From positions 506,041 through 570,040 of the forward strand of contig OZ244197.1 in NCBI GenBank assembly GCA_965216785.1: a DNA stretch of 64,000 bases, in the 5' to 3' direction. A program made the translations under genes and the position numbers. Shown in pieces: positions 50,403-59,752 of the stretch (positions are counted from its first letter, which is position 1; each line of letters opens with the position of its first letter). Below the pieces are notes generated by a model. That model saw nothing but the letters and a program-made list of their open reading frames with translations, did not search any database and was not told the DNA's origin. The stretch comes from Thermodesulfobacteriota bacterium (lineage in GTDB: Bacteria; Desulfobacterota_D; UBA1144; Nemesobacterales; UBA2774).

Positions 50403-51032
50403 TTACATGCTCTTGGATTTATACTTTTCCAGAAAGTAACCATTAATATATTCAAACTCCTCAAGCGCCGCTAAGTTTATTTCCTCATCTCTTAGGGTTT
50501 TAATTATTTCTCCGTATAGCTCTTTAGACACTTCTATGTCTTGATACTTTTTTGAACCCGAAGCGTCGTGCACAACAAAAGGCGGCAGGTAATGCATTCC
50601 GCAGAGCACAGCCGATTGCTCAAAGGGTTTTAGAAAATCCCTAACGTTATAATAATGAATTCCGTCCCTGCTGTACGAATTGAAACTACCACCCGCGGTT
50701 ATGGCATTCATCATCATTTTTCCTTTTAAAGCCGTGCCCTGGTGTCCGTAAGCAAAACCGAACTCGAGCACCAGATCTTCCCATTCTTTTATGATGGCTG
50801 GAGAGCTGTACCAATAAAATGGATGTTGAAACACTATCACGTCATGCTCCAATAGGAGCTCCTGCTCCTTCTCAACATCTATAAGAAAATCCGGGTACAG
50901 ATCATACAAATCCCGGAAGGTAACACCTTCCAGCTCATTTACGGCTTTGATGAGCTGGATATTAATCCTGGACTTTTGCAAAGCCGGATGGGCAAAAATA
51001 ATCATCACTCTGTTTCGTATATTCTTAGACAT
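50403..51032 (-). CDS. kefG: KefG/KefF-type flavodoxin-like NAD(P)H oxidoreductase (Kef ancillary subunit)
   Basis: VMIIFAHPALQKSRIN...VIVFQHPFYWYSSPAIIKEW is typical of KefG/MdaB-like proteins. Immediately upstream of kefC, as in E. coli kefGB. Confidence 0.8.
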   Translation of the reverse strand: MSKNIRNRVMIIFAHPALQKSRINIQLIKAVNELEGVTFRDLYDLYPDFLIDVEKEQELLLEHDVIVFQHPFYWYSSPAIIKEWEDLVLEFGFAYGHQGTALKGKMMMNAITAGGSFNSYSRDGIHYYNVRDFLKPFEQSAVLCGMHYLPPFVVHDASGSKKYQDIEVSKELYGEIIKTLRDEEINLAALEEFEYINGYFLEKYKSKSM

Positions 51033-51254
51033 GTGTTTTTAAGATCAAGGCTTGCCGCTCCTTTTAATTTCACGCGCGTGGCAAATAACTGATACCGTTT
51101 TAGCTTTAATGTTAGATATTACACAAAATTCCCGATTATAGAACTACCCGATTCCCTATTAGGAATTCTCAATACCGTAATATCCTATGAGTTCAGAAAT
51201 CTGAAGAAAGAGCTACATATGATTAGAGGGAAATAGAATTCAAATGGTTCAAAA

Positions 51255-51845
51255 CTAAAAGGTTAAGCTTTGCAAGGATTGATCCAGATCATCTGCGAAT
51301 ACTTCACAAATATCGTCCCATTGATCTGAAATATTCGAATCGTTGAAGCTCGAAGTAAAAAAGGAAAGGTAGGACATCAGGATTTGAGCCATTCCCGAGC
51401 TTATTTCTTTAAACACAAGGTTTCTTTCGGCCTTCTCGCCTGTCCATCCTTTATATAGATTCCGTGCCGTAGCGTCTGAGATGCGATTTTGTCGGACATG
51501 GAGAAGTCTTAGATGAGAGTATTTATCCGAAGCGATATTTGCCAGATTTGTCAGAAACTCAGTTTCAGGTTCGACTTTCATCACTTTCTCAGTAAATTCT
51601 GCACACTGGTTCAACATGATAAGCATGACAGATATAGCAGTGTAGGGATCTTTCCCTATCTTTTTATTCAGAGAGAGAAGATGCTGATCAAATTCTGAGA
51701 ATAAACGTACTAAATTATTCTCCAGTACTTCGTCGCTAGCAATTGAGCTGACTTTACCCAGTTCAGAGTTGGTCTGGTGTGTTGTCTCTTCGCTATCATT
51801 GCTTAGAACTATAATATTTCTTTTCATCGATTTATCACTATGCAC
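51255..51845 (-). CDS. Hypothetical protein (196 aa), 8 nt downstream of the MshEN-REC gene
   Basis: No recognised domain. Operon partner of the regulator gene. Confidence 0.45.
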   Translation of the reverse strand: MHSDKSMKRNIIVLSNDSEETTHQTNSELGKVSSIASDEVLENNLVRLFSEFDQHLLSLNKKIGKDPYTAISVMLIMLNQCAEFTEKVMKVEPETEFLTNLANIASDKYSHLRLLHVRQNRISDATARNLYKGWTGEKAERNLVFKEISSGMAQILMSYLSFFTSSFNDSNISDQWDDICEVFADDLDQSLQSLTF

Positions 51846-51853
51846 ATCTAACC

Positions 51854-53308
51854 TTATCCTGAGATTAACCCTGCTGCATTTGAGCTTGTGTATCTTTGAG
51901 CGGCCTCTACAAGCTCACTTGCCGCAAACGGTTTAGAGATATTTCCGTTTGCTCCCGCCATTTTTGAGCGTACTTTATCAACGAGTCCATCTTTAGAAGA
52001 CAGCATGATAATGGGTACTTGTTTCATGAGCCCGTGGCTTTTAATAATCTTGCAAACCTGGTAACCATCCATGTGCGGCAGGTTTATTTCTATAAAAATT
52101 AAGCCCGGCTTAACATCAGTTAAGCACGAGAGTGCCTCCATACCATCAGACACAGCGCTCACAGAATACCCTTGACGGTTTAAGGCAATACTTATTAACT
52201 TTTGAATCGTAGGGCTGTTATCTATAACTAAGACATTTTTATTGATCCCACTTGAACTAATATCATTTGGAGTGATTTCACTTGACGGATCATTCATATC
52301 TACAGAGTCTGAGGCAGAGGCCTGGAGTTGCTTTTCAATTTCCGGCTCGGCAGATGCCGCAAAAGGCTCATTAATTGAGTTTAAGCCCTGAGATGAAGAT
52401 GTAAGCTGGACAGGTTCCTCATTAGACTGATCCGTTCCCTCCAAAGTGTCCCCGCCAATTTGGTTCTCGTCCTCAGTCATTTCTGCGGAGTCTTTATTAT
52501 CGGGAGAATTAATAAATAGATTTTGACTAAAAACGTCTACGCCATCACCAGGGGCTGAGTCTTCTACCCGAGTCTCCGATTCTTCAAAAAAGCCGGAATT
52601 GTCAGCGTCGTTGTGCAATTCGTCAGTTTCAGATTCATCTATAAGATCTTCATTCGTATCTCTAACGGGGGGAGCGTCTATTTCAGATTCAATCTTCTCT
52701 GCATGAAAAATTTCTTCATTGAATGTTGATTGAGTATTTTCTTCTTCCAATGATCCGTTAATATCAACTTCTAAAGTATCATCGTTTTTATACCCTTCTA
52801 TCTCTTTTACTAACTCTTCTATATCTATATCTTCATTTTCAGCGGGTTTTGCCGATAATTTAGAATAATCCGTGAAATTTTTATTGTATCCGTAATACTG
52901 CGTTAACATATCAATTATGGAGCGCTCTGAAACGACTACGGGGATAATATTTTTCCCCGTTAAAAAGTTTAGTTTATCTAACAGTATTAAATTTGAGGGG
53001 TCTGACATAGCGACTGTTAATGCAGAACCTGTGATGCTCAGTGGTATAAGACGGTTCTCTATTGCTATCTCACTTGGAATAAGCTCTAAAACTTCTTGAT
53101 CTACAGAGTGGTCCTCTATGCTAATTACAGGCACACCGTAAGATTTACCGAGAAAATCCATTAGCTCAGGTTCAGTTATGTAGCCCAATTCAATTAAAGC
53201 CTCACTAAGCTCCATATCGGAATTGTACTTTTTCTCAATCGCCTCTTTTATCTGCTCCAGGCTTAAAATATCTTCTTTAACCAGAAGCTTAGCTATCTGC
53301 ATTTTCAT
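51854..53308 (-). CDS. Response-regulator receiver protein with N-terminal MshEN (T2SS-E N-terminal, c-di-GMP-binding type) domain and ~240-aa acidic disordered linker
   Basis: N-terminus LLVKEDILSLEQIKEAI...LGYITEPELMDFLGKSYGVPVI (GSPII_E_N/MshEN). C-terminus NVLVIDNSPTIQKLISIALNRQGYSV...IMLSSKDG...K (CheY-like REC). The middle (about 52190-52890) is D/E/S-rich. The track ORF starts at 53344. Confidence 0.8.
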   Translation of the reverse strand: MKMQIAKLLVKEDILSLEQIKEAIEKKYNSDMELSEALIELGYITEPELMDFLGKSYGVPVISIEDHSVDQEVLELIPSEIAIENRLIPLSITGSALTVAMSDPSNLILLDKLNFLTGKNIIPVVVSERSIIDMLTQYYGYNKNFTDYSKLSAKPAENEDIDIEELVKEIEGYKNDDTLEVDINGSLEEENTQSTFNEEIFHAEKIESEIDAPPVRDTNEDLIDESETDELHNDADNSGFFEESETRVEDSAPGDGVDVFSQNLFINSPDNKDSAEMTEDENQIGGDTLEGTDQSNEEPVQLTSSSQGLNSINEPFAASAEPEIEKQLQASASDSVDMNDPSSEITPNDISSSGINKNVLVIDNSPTIQKLISIALNRQGYSVSAVSDGMEALSCLTDVKPGLIFIEINLPHMDGYQVCKIIKSHGLMKQVPIIMLSSKDGLVDKVRSKMAGANGNISKPFAASELVEAAQRYTSSNAAGLISG

Positions 53309-53716
53309 ATAGGTTAAGAATTTTGCAAGTAGCGTGCCATACACAAATTAGTCTGTAAAATATCCATAAGCCCCCTATATCACTATATAATCTTGTACAG
53401 ACTAGTGAGTACCTAATGCGCAATTGTGACGAAAAACGTCAATATGCGACTTTAAATTCACATTTTGTAAGGGAAACACTATTTTCACTATTATGGTTTG
53501 ACTAAAATATCGATCTTATTTAAAGGTTTTTCTGCCACGATAAAAGAAGTTTAAACTAGCGTAAAGTTAACCATTAAGACGGAAGAATTAATAATTCGGA
53601 TAAAATCACGTATCAAGTGTCTAATTTTTAAAACTTCGTGCTTAAAAGTGAGGCACATTTTTTTATTAACATTTCATAAGATGCCTATTTCATTGATTGA
53701 AATGCGTTTTGATAAG

Positions 53717-53732
53717 TGGTATGGTGTTTGCA
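53717..53732 (+). promoter_or_regulatory. Putative sigma-54 (-24/-12) promoter of glnB-glnA
   Basis: TGGTATGgtgtTTGCA matches TGGCACG-N4-TTGCW at 11 of 12 defined positions. It lies about 30 nt upstream of the glnB ATG. Confidence 0.6.
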
Positions 53733-53736
53733 TTAA

Positions 53737-54099
<363 letters not shown>

Positions 54100-54169
54100 G
54101 GGTATAAGGTTGTCGCTAAATCCGTAATATCCACACACTAGAATAATATATACAAAGGAGCAAAGCATT

Positions 54170-55636
54170 ATGCCCACAACAAGAAAGAAAACCAGCAAAG
54201 GAGGAAGTACGAGTATGTTTCCAAAGAAACCAGCCGATGTATTGAAAATGATTAAGGACAATAATATTGAATTTGTCGATTTTAGATTCCTTGATTTCAT
54301 TGGAACCTGGCAGCATTTTAGCATTCCCGCAAGAGAATTTGAGGCCTCAACATTCGATGAAGGCCTGGGTTTTGACGGTTCAAGCATTAGGGGATGGCAG
54401 TCAATTAACGCAAGCGATATGCTTATGATTCCTGAAGCAGCAACAGCCAGGATCGACCCGTTTTTAACTATTCCTACAATCGCGATCATTTGTGCTATAG
54501 TCGATCCTATTACACGCGAGCCTTACTCCAGAGACCCGCGTAATATTGCTAACAAAGCAAACGCGTACCTTAAGAGCAGCGGAGTCGGAGATACAGCGTA
54601 TTTCGGCCCTGAGCTCGAGTTTTTTATATTAGATGACGTAAGGTACGATCAGACAGCAAACTCGGGCTATTATTTTATAGACTCCGTGGAAGGTATCTGG
54701 AATTCAGGAGCGGACGAAGGCCCGAACCTCGGTTATAAGCCAAGACATAAAGAAGGGTACTTCCCTACCCCGCCTACAGATTCTTACCAGGACATGCGCT
54801 CGGAAATGGTTAGTGTTCTTGAGAGACTCGGGATATTGATAGAGGCTCACCACCACGAGGTAGCAACAGCCGGGCAGGCTGAAATCGATATGAGGTTTGC
54901 ACCGCTGGTACAGATGGGCGATCAGATGATGTGGTATAAATATGTTATAAAGAACGTGGCAAAAAGCTATGGTAAAACGGTCACATTTATGCCTAAACCT
55001 CTCTTTGAAGACAACGGCTCGGGAATGCACGTTCACCAGTCGATATGGAAGAAAAATAAACCCCTGTTCGCGGGAAATGGATATGCCGGAATGAGCGATA
55101 TGGCTATGCACTATATAGGCGGCATATTAAAGCACGCACCTACAATTTGCGCGTTCAGTAATCCGATTACAAACTCTTACAGACGTCTTGTTCCGGGCTT
55201 TGAAGCGCCGGTTAACCTCGCCTATTCGGCAAGAAACAGAAGCGCCGCGGTTAGGATACCGATGTACTCGCCAAGTCCTAAAGCAAAAAGGCTAGAGTGC
55301 CGCTTCCCGGACCCTTCAAGCAACGGATACCTGACTTTCTCTGCCATGCTGATGGCAGGGCTCGACGGTATAGAGAAGAAGCTCGATCCGGGCGATCCGC
55401 TGGATAAGGATATCTATGCATTGGGACCGGAGGAGCTTGCGGACATTCCATCAGTCCCGGGCACACTCGAAGACGCGCTTAAAGCACTCGAGGCAGATCA
55501 CGAATTCCTTCTCAAGGGTGATGTATTCACAGAAGACGTGATTGAGACATGGATAGACTACAAAATGGAAAACGAAGTAAACCCAATTAAACTAAGGCCG
55601 GTGCCTTATGAGTTTATGCTTTACTTTGACGTATAA
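54170..55636 (+). CDS. glnA: Glutamine synthetase type I
   Basis: GS-I beta-grasp and catalytic domains ([17 protein letters not shown]...; [12 protein letters not shown]). The alternative start at 54215 (MFPKK) also has a good RBS. Confidence 0.93.
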   Translation: MPTTRKKTSKGGSTSMFPKKPADVLKMIKDNNIEFVDFRFLDFIGTWQHFSIPAREFEASTFDEGLGFDGSSIRGWQSINASDMLMIPEAATARIDPFLTIPTIAIICAIVDPITREPYSRDPRNIANKANAYLKSSGVGDTAYFGPELEFFILDDVRYDQTANSGYYFIDSVEGIWNSGADEGPNLGYKPRHKEGYFPTPPTDSYQDMRSEMVSVLERLGILIEAHHHEVATAGQAEIDMRFAPLVQMGDQMMWYKYVIKNVAKSYGKTVTFMPKPLFEDNGSGMHVHQSIWKKNKPLFAGNGYAGMSDMAMHYIGGILKHAPTICAFSNPITNSYRRLVPGFEAPVNLAYSARNRSAAVRIPMYSPSPKAKRLECRFPDPSSNGYLTFSAMLMAGLDGIEKKLDPGDPLDKDIYALGPEELADIPSVPGTLEDALKALEADHEFLLKGDVFTEDVIETWIDYKMENEVNPIKLRPVPYEFMLYFDV

Positions 55637-55652
55637 AAGTTAAAGGAGAAAA

Positions 55653-55692
55653 GATGAAAAGGCGGCAATTCGAACAAAATTGCCGCCTTTTT
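55653..55692. terminator. Bidirectional rho-independent terminator between convergent glnA and nuoL
   Basis: AAAAGGCGGCAATTcgaacaaAATTGCCGCCTTTTTTATT: a 10-bp GC-rich stem flanked by an A-run and a T-run. Confidence 0.8.
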
Positions 55693-55804
55693 TATTGCCC
55701 TTTTGCTAATATCTAAGAACTATAAAACTATAATGGTCTACTATGAATGACAGAACCTATTAGGATAGTGTGGGCTGCTGGTGAGTATTGCTAGATAGAG
55801 CCTG

Positions 55805-57778
55805 CTAAAACTGCCATAGTAAAATAAATATTAAGATTATAGCGGCTCCAATGGCCATGAGAGAAGCGTAGCTTCTTAATGCCCCCGATTGAGCTGCCTG
55901 AAGAGTAAGAGCCGTTTCCCTGACTATGGAAGCAACCCCGTTTACGGCGCCGTCAATAAACTTCTGGTCGAACCTCGAGGCCTGCTCTGCTATATAGGTA
56001 AAGGGCTTTACGATTATATAGTCGTATAGCTCATCCACATACCATTTATTGAGAGAGCCCTCATAAAGAGGCTTGACCACTTCATTCTCGGCGATTTTAT
56101 CAGCCGAAGAAGGCTTAATGAGATATAGGTACAGGGCGATTAGTATTCCAAGCAAAGCAGCAACGATAGAGAAGATAACCAGGGTCCAGTGGCTGAAAAG
56201 GTGATGACCTATGTGTCTGGTGCCGTCCAGCAAGATCGAGGTGGATATGAATTTCTCAAATAAATTCGAATCGTGTACCCCTACTACCTCGCCCATAAAC
56301 TCAGGCACGCCGATGTAGCCCCCGAAAATGGAAAGCACAGCCAGAACTATGAGTGGTATCGTCATGGTCGCCGGGGATTCGTGTATATGCTTTTTAACAG
56401 CTTCTGTGATCCTGGACTCGCCCTCAAAGGTGAGAACGTAGAGCCTGATCATATAAAGCGCCGTTAGTACAACCGTGATCAAGGCCACGATCCAGTGGAT
56501 CATATACCCCCCGTCATACAGGGAAGCGAGTATCTCGTCCTTACTGAAGAAACCCGACAGGAAAGGAACGCCCGCAATAGCCAGAGTACCGATGAGAAAT
56601 GTAATGGCCGTTATGGGAATAAACTTTCTAAGCCCGCCCATATGCCTTATATCCTGCTCACCGCTCATCGCGTGAATGACGCTTCCTGAGCCTAAGAACA
56701 ATAGCGCTTTAAAGAACGCGTGAGTTACCAGGTGGAATAGGCCCGCCGTGTATGCGCCGACGCCGATTGCCATAAACATATATCCGAGCTGGCTGACAGT
56801 AGAATATGCAAGGACTTTCTTAATATCGTTTTGGGTAATCGCAATACTGGCGGCAAGGATAGCGGTAAAAGCCGCGATAGATACGACTATCATCTGTGCA
56901 GTTGGGGACTGGGAATAGAACACATTGCAGCGAGACATCATGTACGCGCCCGCAGTGACCATGGTAGCCGCATGTATGAGCGCGCTAACAGGGGTCGGGC
57001 CGGCCATAGCGTCCGGGAGCCAAACGTAGAGCGGGAATTGAGCTGACTTACCAACGGCCCCTACAAAGAGTAGTAGCGCGACCGCGGTTATTGCAAGTCC
57101 TGACACTCCGGTCATAAACGAAGGGTCTAGGGCTTTTGCGAATACGTCCTGATAATTAACGGACCCAAAAAGGAAGAAAATGAGGAATATGCCTAAGATA
57201 AAGCCGAAATCGCCGATCCTGTTTACTATGAATGCCTTTCTACCGGCATAGGCTTTCTCGGTATCGCTGAACCAAAAACCGATGAGCAGATAAGAGGCGA
57301 GCCCCACACCTTCCCAGCCAACGAACATGAGAAGGAAGTTGTTTCCTAATACGAGAGTCAGCATGAAGAAGATGAAGATGTTCAGATACGTAAAATATTT
57401 GGCGTAGGCCTTGTCGTCGTGCATGTAGCCGATCGAGTAGACATGAATGAGAAACCCTATCCAGGTGATGATTAGCGCCATGACGCATGAGAGCGTATCG
57501 AAGAGGACCTCAAAGCTGACCGTAAATGCGCCCGAAGGTATCCAGACAAATAGAGTCTCTATGATCTGCCTATCCGAAGGCTCCATAGACAATAACCTTG
57601 TGAATAATACCGTTGATAATATTGCGGATATTAGTACTGTTAGCGAGGCGATGACGCCTGAGACGCTGTGCTCTGTGTGCTCGTCTCCCCCGAGCACTTT
57701 CCTGTAGAAGCCCGATGCGAAGAAAAGGCCGTTAAAAATGGCTCCGATGAGCGGAATTAAAATTATCCAGGCAATCAT
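55805..57778 (-). CDS. nuoL: NADH-quinone oxidoreductase subunit L
   Basis: 657-aa antiporter-like subunit with the long C-terminal amphipathic arm, IAWIILIPLIGAIFNGLF N-terminus. Confidence 0.9.
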   Translation of the reverse strand: MIAWIILIPLIGAIFNGLFFASGFYRKVLGGDEHTEHSVSGVIASLTVLISAILSTVLFTRLLSMEPSDRQIIETLFVWIPSGAFTVSFEVLFDTLSCVMALIITWIGFLIHVYSIGYMHDDKAYAKYFTYLNIFIFFMLTLVLGNNFLLMFVGWEGVGLASYLLIGFWFSDTEKAYAGRKAFIVNRIGDFGFILGIFLIFFLFGSVNYQDVFAKALDPSFMTGVSGLAITAVALLLFVGAVGKSAQFPLYVWLPDAMAGPTPVSALIHAATMVTAGAYMMSRCNVFYSQSPTAQMIVVSIAAFTAILAASIAITQNDIKKVLAYSTVSQLGYMFMAIGVGAYTAGLFHLVTHAFFKALLFLGSGSVIHAMSGEQDIRHMGGLRKFIPITAITFLIGTLAIAGVPFLSGFFSKDEILASLYDGGYMIHWIVALITVVLTALYMIRLYVLTFEGESRITEAVKKHIHESPATMTIPLIVLAVLSIFGGYIGVPEFMGEVVGVHDSNLFEKFISTSILLDGTRHIGHHLFSHWTLVIFSIVAALLGILIALYLYLIKPSSADKIAENEVVKPLYEGSLNKWYVDELYDYIIVKPFTYIAEQASRFDQKFIDGAVNGVASIVRETALTLQAAQSGALRSYASLMAIGAAIILIFILLWQF

Positions 57779-57780
57779 AT

Positions 57781-58086
57781 CTATCCTTTAAGAAGCTTTA
57801 ATAAGTCTATATTGAGTGACTCTCTGTGCTTGTATATCGCAACCACAAGGGCGAGCCCTACGGCGACCTCGGCAGCCGCTACAGTGAGCGACATTATCAT
57901 AAATACATGTCCTGTCATATCGTCAAGCGCCCGGGAGAACCCTACAAACGCGAGGTTTGCAGCGTTTAGCATGAGCTCAAGACACATGAGTACGATAAGA
58001 ATGTTTTTCCTCGTAATGACGCCGAACGCGCCTATGAGAAAGAGAATCGCGCTAAGCACGAGATAATGCTCTATGGATATAGCCAA
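57781..58086 (-). CDS. nuoK: NADH-quinone oxidoreductase subunit K
   Basis: 101 aa, LVLSAILFLIGAFGVITRKNILIVLMCLELMLNAANLAFV matches NuoK/ND4L. Confidence 0.92.
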   Translation of the reverse strand: MAISIEHYLVLSAILFLIGAFGVITRKNILIVLMCLELMLNAANLAFVGFSRALDDMTGHVFMIMSLTVAAAEVAVGLALVVAIYKHRESLNIDLLKLLKG

Positions 58087-58087
58087 C

Positions 58088-58588
58088 TCAGCCGTCCCTC
58101 CTCTTTGCTATCGCTACAACACCAATGATGGCGGCCACTATGAGAACAGAGGTTAGCTCGAATGGCAGAAGGTATTCTGTGAACAGCATAGTGCCTACGC
58201 CCTTAGCTGAGCCGAAGTCCACGGACTCGGTGTAGCTCCTCTTAATCCCCCTGCTGAACCCAAGGCTTGCGAAATAGCCTACAAACAGCAGCAAAACCAT
58301 GAAAATGCTTATCTTGAATTTCATGTACTTAGAGTCGAATTTGAACGCTTCGGGCCGGATGTTGAGGAACATGACCGTGAATAGAAATAGGATCATGATC
58401 GCGCCCGCGTAAACTAGCACCTGAACGACAGCCACAAAATCGGCGTGCAGGAGGACAAAAAGTACAGCCGTTGAAAAAAGAGTGAGTACAAGGGAAATGG
58501 CGCTGTAAACAGGGTTACTGTGAGTTACAACAACAATTGCGCCTGCTACAGCGAGGGCCGCGAATAGGTAAAAAACGACTGTTTCCAA
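58088..58588 (-). CDS. nuoJ: NADH-quinone oxidoreductase subunit J
   Basis: HSNPVYSAISLVLTLF...VLVYAGAIMILFLFTVMFLN matches NuoJ/ND6. TTG start with GGAGGA RBS. Confidence 0.9.
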   Translation of the reverse strand: METVVFYLFAALAVAGAIVVVTHSNPVYSAISLVLTLFSTAVLFVLLHADFVAVVQVLVYAGAIMILFLFTVMFLNIRPEAFKFDSKYMKFKISIFMVLLLFVGYFASLGFSRGIKRSYTESVDFGSAKGVGTMLFTEYLLPFELTSVLIVAAIIGVVAIAKRRDG

Positions 58589-58733
58589 GTCTTAAAAATC
58601 CTCCAAAGTATTTAGGGGAAATTATTTCAGTTTACGGGGTAAGAATTATATTTGGAATGGGGGGATAGTCAACAGGATATCCGACTTCGCTCAAGCAATG
58701 TCGAGACAGGCAAAAAAACAAATCCCTTTTAAT

Positions 58734-58792
58734 CCCCCTTTTTCTAAGGGGGAATAAGAAAAGACAAAAGCAAAAGATGAGATTCTGAAACA
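58734..58792. repeat. Intergenic repeat element copy A: 7-bp hairpin + conserved ~30-nt motif, followed by two further hairpins (58805-58823, 58857-58876)
   Basis: CCCCCTTtttctAAGGGGG...caaaagcaaaagatgagattctgaaacaa, then TCCCGGAtcaagTCCGGGA and TTCCGGGtcgaagCCCGGAA. Confidence 0.6.
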
Positions 58793-58882
58793 ATACTGAA
58801 TAGATCCCGGATCAAGTCCGGGACATGGTTCAGAATGATAGCTTGAAGGATGAGATTCCGGGTCGAAGCCCGGAATGACTAT

Positions 58883-59539
58883 TTAACGACTTATATCTAC
58901 CCCTACTCTGTCGCAGTGCTCTGTGATCGGGCAGGTGGAGCAGATGGGGGAGATGGGCCGGCACTGGTGCTGGCCGAAGGCTACTAGGAGGCTGTTGTAG
59001 TCTATCCAATGCTCGCGGGGGAGTTTCTTTCTAAGCGTCATCTCTGTATCGAGCGGGTCTTTCGTTCGAATATAACCAAGCCTATTGGAAATTCTGTGGA
59101 CGTGGGTATCCACGCATATTCCGTCCTTGTTATACCCAAGCGTGAGTACCAGATTTGCAGTTTTTCTGCCTACACCCTTGAATTTAAGAAGCTCGTCCAG
59201 GTCGTCGGGGACAATAGAGTCATATTTCTCTACCAGCTCACGGCATATTCCAAGAATGTTCTCAGCTTTGGTCTTATAGAACCCAACCGGGTATATGGCG
59301 TCCGCGATGGTTTCTTTACTTAGCCTGAGCATATCGCCCGGGTTATCGGCAAGCTTAAATAAGCGCCTGGATGCTTCAGCCGTGGTCTCGTCCTTTGTCC
59401 TGAGGCTGAGGACTGTGGAGATGAGCACCTTAAATGGGTCTCGGGAGGTTTCTGCCTCGAGCGTGACTGCCGGGACGGTCCATTTGGAGTATTCTGCTTT
59501 TAATTTTTTTACTACGGTGTGGATGTCGGATGCTTTCAT
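58883..59539 (-). CDS. nth: Endonuclease III (DNA-(apurinic or apyrimidinic site) lyase)
   Basis: HhH-GPD motif KFKGVGRKTANLVL and [4Fe-4S] motif C-X6-C-X2-C-X5-C (CRPISPICSTCPITEHC). The track ORF (to 59638) would run through repeat copy B; the start at 59539 (MKASDI) is preferred. Confidence 0.88.
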   Translation of the reverse strand: MKASDIHTVVKKLKAEYSKWTVPAVTLEAETSRDPFKVLISTVLSLRTKDETTAEASRRLFKLADNPGDMLRLSKETIADAIYPVGFYKTKAENILGICRELVEKYDSIVPDDLDELLKFKGVGRKTANLVLTLGYNKDGICVDTHVHRISNRLGYIRTKDPLDTEMTLRKKLPREHWIDYNSLLVAFGQHQCRPISPICSTCPITEHCDRVGVDISR

Positions 59540-59604
59540 TTGTTCTGAGGGGAAGGATAGCATAAACAGCGGAATAAGTATTAATGATAAATAATCCTCC
59601 CTAG

Positions 59605-59666
59605 CCCTCCTTTGAGAAAGGAGGGTATAAAAAGGCAAAGATGGAGATCCTGAAACAAGTTCAGGA
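59605..59666. repeat. Intergenic repeat element copy B: 9-bp hairpin + conserved ~30-nt motif + 7-bp hairpin
   Basis: CCCTCCTTTgagAAAGGAGGG...aaaaaggcaaagatggagatcctgaaacaa, and TCCTGAAacaagTTCAGGA. Homologous to copy A: hairpin, then (a)aaa.gcaaagatg.gat.ctgaaacaa. Confidence 0.6.
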
Positions 59667-59707
59667 TGACATCATTGAGTTTGGGGGGATTTAGAGTTTA
59701 AATACCG

Positions 59708-59737
59708 GCAGCTTCATAAGGAGCAGCGCGAAGCTGC
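59708..59737 (-). terminator. Hairpin immediately downstream of the sigma-factor gene (possible terminator/attenuator)
   Basis: GCAGCTTCataaggagcagcgcGAAGCTGC, an 8-bp stem 16 nt after the stop codon. No strong U-tract follows, so it may be an RNA-stability element instead. Confidence 0.35.
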
Positions 59738-59752
59738 CGGGGGATAATCGAT

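Noticed and set aside
54170-54215. N-terminal 15-aa extension of glnA ([15 protein letters not shown])
   Set aside because: Both ATGs have SD-like sequences. The canonical GlnA N-terminus aligns from the second ATG (54215), so the extension may not be translated. Coordinates were kept as in the track because it cannot be resolved from sequence alone.
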